Source: Thermodesulfobacteriota bacterium
GTDB lineage: Bacteria; Desulfobacterota_D; UBA1144; Nemesobacterales; UBA2774
Assembly (NCBI GenBank): GCA_965223335.1
Contig: OZ244991.1
Span: 1,280,001-1,344,000, forward strand
Length of the DNA: 64,000 bases
Reading direction: 5' to 3'
Below the pieces are notes generated by a model that did no database searches, was not told the DNA's origin, and worked only from the letters and a program-made list of their open reading frames with translations. Position 1 is the stretch's first letter. Each line of letters opens with the position of its first letter. This document shows positions 18,307 to 27,445 of this stretch, piece after piece. The position numbers were made by a program, and so were the translations under genes.

Positions 18307-21300
18307 TTAATCGATGTTTCTTGAGTCCGTGGCGAGCATTAGCTTCCAGTCTTTTATAAACAGCTTGCCTGTGCTGTCAGTAACATCGGTGTTTAGGTGG
18401 CTTGTTAGGTAGTAAAGGCGGCGTATCTGGTCGTTTTCGGCCGCACCCACGTTGGCGTCGTTAAATCTCTGCTGCAGGTAAAACGGCGGGATTGACTGGT
18501 TGAAGAGTTTGACTTCAACCGTGGCAGCCGAAGCGAGTTCCTGGGGTGTTAAGTCCACCTCGTAAACTATAATGTCGGCTCCGGTGAGGAGTGGGTCGGT
18601 GTAGTAGGGGTCGTTGGCAGCGTTGCCGGGGATAATGGCCAGCTCCTGCACAAACTCAGACGGGCTAGTGGCAAAGAAGTTGGGGTTAAACCCCTTGGGA
18701 CGAAGCCTGTTGTTCTTTAATGTATTTACTCTCCTTAGAAAGCTTGTTGTCAGCTCGTTCTCCGAATCGGTGACAACCTCTTGGTAGATCTGTACCTCGT
18801 CCTGGCCGGTAATGGTCTGGTAATGGGGCTGGAAGCTCATAGGGTTCTCAAGCGGGAGCTCAGATGGCAGGACCTCACCAGTTGCCCCATCGATTATGGC
18901 CCCGACGCTGTTTGTACTGCCCGAGGCCCACAGTACGTTGCCTTGGCTGTCTTTTACCACGAACTCTATGAATACGCGGCGAAACGCCACACCCGAGGGC
19001 AGGTAGTGGCCTACTTTGTTTGTTACCTTGACCTCGGCACGAATGCCCGAGCTATCGACATCGAGCGATTGGATATCTATCTCGGCTGTCTGGTTCTCGG
19101 CCATGTCTATAAACGATTCCCTGGCTGCGGTAAGTGCCGGTACGGTGGCGACACCGGTCATAAAATCGATCTGTCTTATACCTAAAATCAGCGGGAACTC
19201 TTGGAACATCTCGTTTAAAAACACGTTAAGGCCGTGGAGACTGTGTCGTGCGTACCTGTTGCGTTCGGTGAGCTCGATCTCGTTGTCGGGTAGTCTGTTG
19301 GACGTGGGAGGGAGGTTCGTAGACTCTATGTTTGCGATCTTGAACTTTAGCTCCTCGCCATGGAACTTGGTGGGCATATGACAGCCCTGGCATGTTTGTT
19401 CCAAGGGCCTCCCTGTTGCATAATCGCTGTTTTGCCATTCCAGATCTGTGGTCTGTTCGTAGCTAAATCCGAGCAGCTCACCCTCGTTGGTGACTACGGG
19501 CAGGAGTATGTTGTGGCAGGTCGCGCATATATCGGCTTTAAGTGTTTGACTGCCGAACTTAGGTTCGATGCCGATAGAGTTTTGCATGGGTTTTGTTACG
19601 ACTTGTTGGTAGGGGCCGTAGATCTCGTTTGAGGGGCCGGTTACGAAGTTGCCGGTGTATATGTTGTCGGTTCCAAAGCCTGTGTCTACGATGTGGTGAC
19701 ACACGGTGCATGATATGCCGTCGCGTGCAAGGGAGCCGTAGCGCTGGTTCATGTTGGGATTGGAGCCCGGCCACTCGGTCACAGCACTGGCGGGAAGCGG
19801 TTCGCCGAAGGGGACTTCTGGTGGGGGAGTGATACCGAATAGATCTTTGCACATCTCGTCGTCTTGGTCGAGTGTGTCTATCTGGAGCTGGCGCTGTCCC
19901 ATTACCCCGTGACAGTGTAAACAGGTGGTTTCTATGCATGCTGTGGGGTCCGGGAGCCCTGCCAACCCGCCGGCAAAGAAATTGGTCTCGCTCTCTACCT
20001 GAGCAAAAAATATGGGGTCGCGCCCGGCCTGACCGAGCGGGGAGGCCTTCCATTCGCTGTAAGGCGAGAGGTTGTATCTGGTAATAGTGCCGTCGATGTT
20101 TTTTTCTTCGAACAGCATGTTTGGTAAAGAGAAATTGATGAACGTCCCGTCATGACAGCCGATGCATTGATCGGAGGTCAAAAACTTGGGCGGGCCCTCT
20201 GCGAACGAGACCTGGTGGTCGTATGTTTCCGCCGGCAGGCGTAGTGCCCAGGCCTCTTGGAACGTTACCTCGGGTATCTGGTTGTAGAACTCGAGGAACT
20301 CCTCTGTGGGCTCCGAAAGCGGGACCCCGAACGTGGGCATGAACCCATCTTCCTGCTGACTCTCGATAAAAAAGAGTGCTATCCTCTGAGGGATATGTAG
20401 TAGTCCATCGTAATTAGGGTCTTCCAAGGTAATCAAATTTGGGCTGAACTGTTTAAATTTGGTCCCGGGAGTGATTACGTTTACAAGGCTAGAAAAGGTT
20501 GATTCACTCACTGCCGACGCATGGCAGTTGAGACACCAGTTGCCGTACTGATTGTAAGTCCATACGGTATTGGGAAACTTTGAGTCCTCTATAAATAAGT
20601 AGCCAGTGGGGTACCAGGTTGAGTCTGGAAAGAGTGGTGGGTTGCCGGTGTTGTTGAAAAAGTCACGTGTGGTAATAGCTGATTTATTTAGAATCGGGGG
20701 ATTGCCTATACTCCATTTCGGTATACTCGAGCCGCTAAGCTCAGCTCTGATGTCGCCCTGATACCAGCCGTCTTTAGATGCCTCATTCTTTTTTATAAAG
20801 TAGGTCCATGAAGTAGGCAGAACACTTACTGTTATATCCATGCACCCCTCGCTGTCGGTTACTATGCCCAGGTCCGAGTCTATGGGGTGCTGCTCTTTTA
20901 TTATCATTGCGCCGTCGGGAAGGCCCCCCACGCGGCCTCCGCATAGCCACTCTATTACCTCGGGGGAGTAGTAAATACGGACAGCAGTTGAGTGCACACC
21001 GAAAAACTCGCCGAAACCGATCATACCTAAGTAGGGTCCCGTCATCCTCCAGTTCATGTCTCGGGCCCAGTTGAGTTGGGTATCGTAGTCACGGTCCCTT
21101 ACAAATGCCTCAAAACTCTTATCGAAACTGTTCTTTGCATTTATATCTGATAGAGGGGCGGGGTCTCTTAAGTTGGGTGGTGCGGGTATGCCCGAACCCT
21201 CGTTTTCGTTGCACCAGTTGTTTATTTCCTGTTGAGTGAGCTCGATTACCGTGTCTGGGCAAACCCAGTCATTTGGGTCTGGAGGCAGGCCAGTTTTGTT

Positions 21301-21381
21301 ATTGTTGTTGTTATTGTTACAAGCTGAGATTGGTAGAACTAAGAGCAGAACTACAAATAGATAGGTTTTGTTAAGTTTCAT
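18307..21381 (-). CDS. Multiheme c-type cytochrome lipoprotein with N-terminal cytochrome P460-like domain (6 CxxCH)
   Basis: Lipobox ISAC after a hydrophobic stretch (start ATG 21381); CLNCH, CIGCH, CLHCH, CTVCH, CATCH, CQGCH; LPDGAMIIKE...W...IKK...DGWY...CLNCH P460-like pattern; VTNKVGHYLPSG. Confidence 0.82.
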   Translation of the reverse strand: MKLNKTYLFVVLLLVLPISACNNNNNNNKTGLPPDPNDWVCPDTVIELTQQEINNWCNENEGSGIPAPPNLRDPAPLSDINAKNSFDKSFEAFVRDRDYDTQLNWARDMNWRMTGPYLGMIGFGEFFGVHSTAVRIYYSPEVIEWLCGGRVGGLPDGAMIIKEQHPIDSDLGIVTDSEGCMDITVSVLPTSWTYFIKKNEASKDGWYQGDIRAELSGSSIPKWSIGNPPILNKSAITTRDFFNNTGNPPLFPDSTWYPTGYLFIEDSKFPNTVWTYNQYGNWCLNCHASAVSESTFSSLVNVITPGTKFKQFSPNLITLEDPNYDGLLHIPQRIALFFIESQQEDGFMPTFGVPLSEPTEEFLEFYNQIPEVTFQEAWALRLPAETYDHQVSFAEGPPKFLTSDQCIGCHDGTFINFSLPNMLFEEKNIDGTITRYNLSPYSEWKASPLGQAGRDPIFFAQVESETNFFAGGLAGLPDPTACIETTCLHCHGVMGQRQLQIDTLDQDDEMCKDLFGITPPPEVPFGEPLPASAVTEWPGSNPNMNQRYGSLARDGISCTVCHHIVDTGFGTDNIYTGNFVTGPSNEIYGPYQQVVTKPMQNSIGIEPKFGSQTLKADICATCHNILLPVVTNEGELLGFSYEQTTDLEWQNSDYATGRPLEQTCQGCHMPTKFHGEELKFKIANIESTNLPPTSNRLPDNEIELTERNRYARHSLHGLNVFLNEMFQEFPLILGIRQIDFMTGVATVPALTAARESFIDMAENQTAEIDIQSLDVDSSGIRAEVKVTNKVGHYLPSGVAFRRVFIEFVVKDSQGNVLWASGSTNSVGAIIDGATGEVLPSELPLENPMSFQPHYQTITGQDEVQIYQEVVTDSENELTTSFLRRVNTLKNNRLRPKGFNPNFFATSPSEFVQELAIIPGNAANDPYYTDPLLTGADIIVYEVDLTPQELASAATVEVKLFNQSIPPFYLQQRFNDANVGAAENDQIRRLYYLTSHLNTDVTDSTGKLFIKDWKLMLATDSRNID

Positions 21382-21578
21382 TTCCCACGTCCCCAATTTT
21401 ATTTGCCGGTGTGATTCGAAATGCAGTTAACTTTAAAATCCCCACCTATTATACATATCACAAATTAATAAATATCTCTATATATTCATACACATTACTA
21501 TAAAAATGTGTTCAATTAGGGTTGTATCCGGATTGCTTAGCTTTGTTGAGAAGCTCATACTCACAATATTGTTCGGCT

Positions 21579-23147
21579 CTATTGTTCCAACTTGCGTTTT
21601 TTCAATAAGCTCATAATCGAGTGGAGTTCATCGATACTCAGAAGTTTGGCGAGTAAAAAATATAGCCCTCCGGATACAAATATGGAACCGAAGAGTAGTA
21701 TGAATTTTTGAGCTGAGAGTTCTGAGGTAGTCCACTGTGTGAGCTGTGTTATAGACCATGCAACAGTAGCGGTGATAAGCGAGATGACTAGTATTTTCAT
21801 GCAGTATGAAAAAAGCCCCGTGACTCCTAAATCCGGTGTTTTCTTCTCGAGGAGGTAAAGAAGTAAAATGAAATTCAATATCGAGGATACGGAGCTTGCG
21901 ACTGCAAGCCCTGTGTGGTTCATCCCGAGTTTAAAACCCAACACAAAACCGATTGCAGCATTGGCCACAAACGCGATCAGTGCAATGACTACAGGCGTTT
22001 TGGTGTCTTGCATGGCGTAGAACGCGGGTGCTGTAATTCTTATGCCCCCCACTGCCCAGAGCCCAAACGCATAACCCAACAGTGCCTGGGACGTATAGAC
22101 CATAGCCTCGGCACTGAACTCGCCGTGCTGGTAAAGCAGGTTGCATATGGGCTCGCGCAGAGCTATGAGCCCGCAAAGTGCTGGGATCAGGATAAACAGC
22201 ACAAGCCTTAACGTGAACACGTAGGTCTCTTTAAACTTATCCATCTCGCCCCTCGATATAAGAGAGGAGAGGTTTGGCAGCAGTACCGTTGCGACCGACA
22301 CTGCAAAAATGCCCAACGGGAACTCTATTAGTCGTTCGGCGAAGTAGAGGTAAGATACCGTCCCCTCGGGCATATATGATGCGTACTGGGTGTTTACAAG
22401 GATGTTGAGGTTGTACACGGCAATGCCGAAGAGCTGGGGGAGCATCAAAAGTGCTATGCGTTTCACGGCAGGGGTCCAAATACTCTTGCTAAAACTAAAT
22501 AGATATCCCCTGGTGCTTAGGAATGGCAATTGGAAAGCAAGTTGCAGGATGCCCCCTATGATGACTCCGATAGCTGCTGCATGGATCGGTATATTGAAAT
22601 AGCTGTGCATCAATATGATCGTGAGCACAATGGCAATGTTGAATAAAACGGGTGAGAACGCCGGGGCAAAGAAATGTCGAAGTGAGTTTAGGATTCCCAT
22701 AGACAAGGCTGTTAAAGAGATGAAGAACAGGTATGGGAACATAAACCGGTTTAGGTATACGGTTAGTCTGAATGTCTCTTCATCAAAACCCGATGCAAAG
22801 AGCTTTACTATGAAGGGGGAGAATATTACCCCGAGTGCTGTGATTACTAGGAGAAGAATAAAGAGTAGGGTAAATACGGAGTCGGATACTTTCTTGGCTT
22901 CTTCTTTATCTTTTTGTTCGAGCTGTTCAGTGAATACCGGGATAAACGATATTGTTAAAGAGCCCTCTGCAAAGAGGCGTCTTAGCAGGTTTGGGATCCT
23001 AAATGCTACCCAAAAGGCATCGGTCGCGTAGCCAGCACCGAAGAAATATGCAATGACTACGTCTCGCAGGTACCCGGCAATCCGGCTTAAGAATGTAAGG
23101 GCGCCTACAAGGCCTGCGGACTTGGTTATTTGTTCATTTCGGTTCAT
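21579..23147 (-). CDS. murJ: Lipid II flippase MurJ
   Basis: SRIAGYLRD, DAFWVAFRIPNLLRRLFAEG, ERLIEFPLG, FYAMQDTKTP. Confidence 0.97.
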   Translation of the reverse strand: MNRNEQITKSAGLVGALTFLSRIAGYLRDVVIAYFFGAGYATDAFWVAFRIPNLLRRLFAEGSLTISFIPVFTEQLEQKDKEEAKKVSDSVFTLLFILLLVITALGVIFSPFIVKLFASGFDEETFRLTVYLNRFMFPYLFFISLTALSMGILNSLRHFFAPAFSPVLFNIAIVLTIILMHSYFNIPIHAAAIGVIIGGILQLAFQLPFLSTRGYLFSFSKSIWTPAVKRIALLMLPQLFGIAVYNLNILVNTQYASYMPEGTVSYLYFAERLIEFPLGIFAVSVATVLLPNLSSLISRGEMDKFKETYVFTLRLVLFILIPALCGLIALREPICNLLYQHGEFSAEAMVYTSQALLGYAFGLWAVGGIRITAPAFYAMQDTKTPVVIALIAFVANAAIGFVLGFKLGMNHTGLAVASSVSSILNFILLLYLLEKKTPDLGVTGLFSYCMKILVISLITATVAWSITQLTQWTTSELSAQKFILLFGSIFVSGGLYFLLAKLLSIDELHSIMSLLKKRKLEQ

Positions 23148-23187
23148 CGGAGTGTGTGTTCATGCCGTTTTAACTTTTAGTTCTTAT

Positions 23188-23409
23188 TTATGGACTTGGT
23201 GGGTCTACCTCGTCGAACTCAATCTCCTCTCTGAGAGCGTTTAGTATTGAAGCAAAAGCTTTATCGGTATCCGGTGTTGATATTACCTTAATTATTCCCT
23301 CTTCGGGGTATTCGGTGCGGACCCATGCCAGGTGGGTGTATGTGCCCAGGATTGATTGGAAGTAGATCGTCTCGCTATTATTTTTGAGTTTGATGTAAGT
23401 GACTGCCAT
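23188..23409 (-). CDS. Small protein, DUF4911-like
   Basis: 73 aa; IYFQSILGTY.HLAWVRT...EGIIKVISTPD pattern recalled for DUF4911. Confidence 0.65.
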   Translation of the reverse strand: MAVTYIKLKNNSETIYFQSILGTYTHLAWVRTEYPEEGIIKVISTPDTDKAFASILNALREEIEFDEVDPPSP

Positions 23410-23695
23410 GACTTTAATCAGAGAAAATAAAATCTAAATCACTAACTGTCAAATCGTAATTTTTTTATTTACAGACTGAATGTGTATAGGCGGGATCGGG
23501 GAGAATAGGGGTTAAGCGAGTGTTAAATTAGTCATATATAAATGGACTGATACAAATAGGTTGTATCTGATACTTAAAGTCGAAGATTAATGTGCTCTAG
23601 ACCCATCTTGAAATGTCCTAAAACTTGTACTCATTTGTAGTCTTATGTTGTAGACGTAAATGACCGAAAAAAAATAATAAATGTGGTAAATGAGC

Positions 23696-23724
23696 TTGAC
23701 AAAGCACGAACAATTTTATATAGT
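23696..23724 (+). promoter_or_regulatory. Sigma70 promoter of the dcw operon
   Basis: TTGACA (23696-23701) - 17 nt - TATAGT (23719-23724). Confidence 0.8.
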
Positions 23725-23779
23725 GGTTCAGGGTGGTATATAGTGGCATGAGATAAATATAAAGTGGTATAGGGTGGTC
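23721..23779 (+). promoter_or_regulatory. MraZ-binding direct repeats (GTGG boxes)
   Basis: GTGG at 23723, 23733, 23743 and 23764, 23774 (10-bp period), overlapping the -10 and leader of mraZ. Confidence 0.8.
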
Positions 23780-23783
23780 GGTG

Positions 23784-24230
23784 ATGTTTCGTGGCAGATA
23801 TGAGCATACGATGACTGAAAAAGGAAGGGTTAGCGTGCCTGCTAGGTTTAGAGAGGTGTGTAAGGAGCGCTATGAGGATGAGACTTTCGTGATTACAAAT
23901 TTCGATAAATGCCTCGTGGCTTATCCTCTTAAGGAGTGGAGAGAGATTGAGCGAAAAGTGGTCGAGTTGCCGCAGTTCAAGCAGGAGGTCATATCGTTTT
24001 TGCGCTATCTAATGGGCGGAGCGGTGGATTGTCCTATAGACGGGCAGGGCAGGATCTTGGTGCCTCAGTCACTTAGAAGCCACGCCAATATCAGCAAAGA
24101 GGTCATCATGGTAGGTATGCTGACAAGGTTTGAGATATGGGCTAAAGAAGTTTGGGAGGAAGAGCAGGCTGTTAGCGCCTATGACGAGTTTAAAAAGAGC
24201 AGAGAGCTTTTAGCGGCCGAAGGACTCTAG
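23784..24230 (+). CDS. mraZ: Division/cell wall cluster repressor MraZ
   Basis: MFRGRYEH...KGRVSVPARFR, DGQGRILVP, EIW; first gene of the dcw cluster (an in-frame GTG at 23781 is an alternative start). Confidence 0.97.
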   Translation: MFRGRYEHTMTEKGRVSVPARFREVCKERYEDETFVITNFDKCLVAYPLKEWREIERKVVELPQFKQEVISFLRYLMGGAVDCPIDGQGRILVPQSLRSHANISKEVIMVGMLTRFEIWAKEVWEEEQAVSAYDEFKKSRELLAAEGL

Positions 24231-24233
24231 AGT

Positions 24234-25193
24234 ATGGAAAACGCGGTATTGGAAGTGGAAAAGATTATTCATAAATCGGTAATGGTCGATGAGGCTATGG
24301 AGTATCTCATTACAAACCCCGAGGGGACCTATGTCGATGCCACGGTGGGCTTGGGAGGTCATACGGGTGCGATACTGAGAAACACCGGGACCGGGGGCAA
24401 GGTAGTGGGCCTCGATGTTGACGAAGAGGTACTCGATATTGCGAGAGAGAGGCTAGAGAGCTATTCAAGCAAAGTAGTGTTGAGAAATAATAACTATTCG
24501 GCCATAGACAAGGTGCTCGCAGACCTGGGGGTAGAGCAGTTGGACGGGATAATAGCCGATTTGGGTATGTCGTCTTTCCAGATAGATTCGAGTGGGCGAG
24601 GGTTCAGTTTCCAGAGGGACGAGCCGCTTGATATGAGGATGGACGCAACTCTCCGGTTCCGCGCATATGACCTGGTAAACGAGATGACAGTTGACGAAAT
24701 AACGAAGGTGTTAAAAACGTATGGCGAGGAGCGTTGGGCTAAGAGGATAGCAAAGAGGGTTGTAGAGAAGCGCAAAGGCTCTAAGATCAAGAGCTCGGCT
24801 GAGCTGGCCGGGATCGTATCGGATGCTATCCCCAACAAATTCCACTCGCCAAAGATTCACCCGGCCACAAAAACCTTCCAGGCTTTTAGAATAGCGGTAA
24901 ATAACGAACTCGAGAATTTGAAGGACTTCATAACGAAATCGGTCTCACTCCTTAAAGTAGGAGGGAGGATAGCAATAATATCTTTTCATTCCCTTGAGGA
25001 CAGGGCGGTAAAGAGTTCATTCAGGAGGTTTGCATCGCCGTGTGTTTGCCCGCCTGACCTTCCAAGGTGTAGTTGCGGTAAAGAGAAGATGCTTAAAATT
25101 ATTACACCTCGGGCAATCACACCCAGCGAGGACGAGGTTTTAAATAACCCCAGGTCGCGCAGTGCAAAGATGAGGGTTGCCGAGAGGGTATAG
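24234..25193 (+). CDS. rsmH: 16S rRNA m4C1402 methyltransferase
   Basis: HKSVM, VDATVGLGGH, DLGMSSFQ, RGFSF...PLDMRMD, ISFHSLEDR, NPRSRSAKMR. Confidence 0.98.
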   Translation: MENAVLEVEKIIHKSVMVDEAMEYLITNPEGTYVDATVGLGGHTGAILRNTGTGGKVVGLDVDEEVLDIARERLESYSSKVVLRNNNYSAIDKVLADLGVEQLDGIIADLGMSSFQIDSSGRGFSFQRDEPLDMRMDATLRFRAYDLVNEMTVDEITKVLKTYGEERWAKRIAKRVVEKRKGSKIKSSAELAGIVSDAIPNKFHSPKIHPATKTFQAFRIAVNNELENLKDFITKSVSLLKVGGRIAIISFHSLEDRAVKSSFRRFASPCVCPPDLPRCSCGKEKMLKIITPRAITPSEDEVLNNPRSRSAKMRVAERV

Positions 25194-25196
25194 GAT

Positions 25197-25532
25197 ATGG
25201 GACACACGAAAGCTACACATCTAGGTGGAAAGGTAAGACCCTATAAGAGCTATGTCTCGCGCAAGGTGATCGTATTAATAGTCTTAGCGGTGCTCGTGGC
25301 GCTTTTTTATGTGCGTATAAAAGTTGAGAAGGTCAGTCTCGGGTACGCGATATCTGCAAACAAAAAAATACATAAAGAGCTGGTAGAAGAAAACAGGTTG
25401 CTACAGTCGGAGCTCCTTAAACTCAAATCCCCTGATAGGCTAGAGAGGATCGGGCTTCATCTCGGGTTTAAGTTTCCAACTCAGAAAGACATTATCTATA
25501 TGGAGAAACGAACTGTAATCGGGAACCGATGA
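25197..25532 (+). CDS. ftsL: Cell division protein FtsL
   Basis: Single TM plus coiled coil, LKSPDRLERIG; sits between rsmH and the PBP gene. Confidence 0.85.
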   Translation: MGHTKATHLGGKVRPYKSYVSRKVIVLIVLAVLVALFYVRIKVEKVSLGYAISANKKIHKELVEENRLLQSELLKLKSPDRLERIGLHLGFKFPTQKDIIYMEKRTVIGNR

Positions 25533-27445
25533 CAAAGAGGAACAAAAGCTCAAAACGCATCTCGTTGGCAAGGGATCTGGATAGGCCCCGCTGGAAGGTC
25601 TATTTCCTGGGGTTTTTGATAATCACACTCTTCGGGATGGTCTCGTATAAAGCCTTTGAGCTTCAGGTGCTCGATAGAGAACGTGCGTTTAAGATTGCAA
25701 AAAGGCAGCATAACGGCACCACGACGCTGCTGCCCAGACGCGGCTCGGTACTCGATAGAAACATGAGGGAGCTTGCGGTTAATGTAGAGGTTAAATCTGT
25801 TTATGCAAACCCAAACGGCATAAGTGATCCCGGAGCGGTGGCGAAGTTGTTAGCCAAGCCGCTTGGGATGACGGAAAAAGAGTTAATCAACAAACTTGTG
25901 TCCAAGAAATCGTTTGTCTGGATTAAAAGGCTCATCGATCCCTCGGTAGCCCAAACCGTGAAGGAACTAAATCTAAAGGGCATAGGCTTGGTGCAAGAGC
26001 CGAAACGTGTTTATCCAAACGGCACCCTCATGGGTCAGGTGCTTGGGTTTACCAATATAGACTCAAAAGGGATCGAGGGTTTGGAGTTCCATCTAGACAG
26101 TCTGCTGATCGGCAAACCACAGAGTATTACTCTTAAACGTGATGCGAGGGGCCGCAGGATTGTACATATCCCAGATCAGCTAAACGGCGACACCTCGGGC
26201 CACGATGTAGTGCTAACGATCGACTCACAGATACAGCACATCGTCGAGCGCGAGCTTAAAGACGGCATCCAAAAAGTATCGGGCGAAAAAGGCATTGCCA
26301 TTCTTACAAACCCAGAGACCGGTGAGATATTGGCATTGGCATCATACCCTGCACTTGATCCGAACAAGTATCGTAAATACCCCTCTGCCAACAAGAGGAA
26401 TCTGCCGATTTGGTACTCGTACGAGCCCGGGTCTACTATGAAGATGTTCCTAGCGGCCTCGGCACTTGAGGAGAAAAAAGCAAACAGGAACACAACTTTT
26501 GACTGCGAACACGGCAGGAGAAGAATCGGCTCTTCCGTAATTAAAGATGTAAAACCACACGGCACGCTTACACTTGCCGATGTTATAAAGTACTCGAGCA
26601 ACATAGGCGCTTCTAAAGTCGGTGAACTGCTAGGCAAACAAACTTATCACCGCTATCTTACCGATTTTGGTTTTGGGGAGAAAATGGGGATTGACCTGCC
26701 CGGCGAGTCCTCGGGTAAGGTTCTGGACCCGAAAAAATGGGGTAAGGTCGAGCTTGCAACCATCTCATTCGGTCAAGGTGTATCAGTAACGGCTCTCCAG
26801 CTCGTCACTGCACTGTCGGCAATTGCAAACGGGGGTTATCTGATGAAGCCCTACGTCGTTAAACAGATCATAGGTTCAAACGGCGGTGTGATAAAGGAGA
26901 ACAAACCCGAAACTATAAGACGTGTGATATCGTACGACACGGCAAAAGAAGTGACAAAAATGCTAGAATCCGTAGTGGAGAGCGGCACGGGTAAAAAGGC
27001 TCAGGTTGCCGGTTATCATGTGGCTGGGAAAACCGGTACTGCCCAGGTCCCAAACCCCAAAACCGGTAAGTACTACAAAGACAAATACATCGCGTCGTTC
27101 GCGGGGTTTGCCCCAGCGGAGGACCCAAAGGTCTCGCTCGTTGTAATAGTCGAAGCCCCTAAGACTCTCACACACGGGGGATCGGTAGCAGGCCCCATTT
27201 TTAAACACATCGCTGAGAAGGTGTTGTTTCACATGGGTGTCGAGTCCAACAAGGAATTCGTAGGGGTAAAGGTAATGCCGGATCTAAGCGGGATGAGCGC
27301 GAGAGAGATTTTGATATGGTCGGAGAAAGAGGGGATCAAGGTAAAGCTTAAGGGCAGCGGGTTCGTTAAGAACCAAGAGCCCGGTCCAGGTGAACTAATT
27401 CAGGAGGGTAGTACGTGCTCAATCGAGCTCGAACAGACGATATGA
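25529..27445 (+). CDS. ftsI: Class B penicillin-binding protein (FtsI/PBP3) with C-terminal PASTA domain
   Basis: RGSVLDRN, EPGSTMK (SxxK), SSN, KTGTAQ, MPDLSGMS PASTA. Confidence 0.95.
   Translation: MTKRNKSSKRISLARDLDRPRWKVYFLGFLIITLFGMVSYKAFELQVLDRERAFKIAKRQHNGTTTLLPRRGSVLDRNMRELAVNVEVKSVYANPNGISDPGAVAKLLAKPLGMTEKELINKLVSKKSFVWIKRLIDPSVAQTVKELNLKGIGLVQEPKRVYPNGTLMGQVLGFTNIDSKGIEGLEFHLDSLLIGKPQSITLKRDARGRRIVHIPDQLNGDTSGHDVVLTIDSQIQHIVERELKDGIQKVSGEKGIAILTNPETGEILALASYPALDPNKYRKYPSANKRNLPIWYSYEPGSTMKMFLAASALEEKKANRNTTFDCEHGRRRIGSSVIKDVKPHGTLTLADVIKYSSNIGASKVGELLGKQTYHRYLTDFGFGEKMGIDLPGESSGKVLDPKKWGKVELATISFGQGVSVTALQLVTALSAIANGGYLMKPYVVKQIIGSNGGVIKENKPETIRRVISYDTAKEVTKMLESVVESGTGKKAQVAGYHVAGKTGTAQVPNPKTGKYYKDKYIASFAGFAPAEDPKVSLVVIVEAPKTLTHGGSVAGPIFKHIAEKVLFHMGVESNKEFVGVKVMPDLSGMSAREILIWSEKEGIKVKLKGSGFVKNQEPGPGELIQEGSTCSIELEQTI

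Noticed and set aside
21298..21320. (AAC/AAT)n tract as a phase-variation switch
   Set aside because: It is a mixed-codon triplet repeat encoding a poly-Asn spacer after the lipobox; slippage would keep the frame.
25040..25080. CVCPPDLPRCSCG in RsmH as a novel metal site
   Set aside because: This Cys-rich insert is a common RsmH variant in many bacterial groups.
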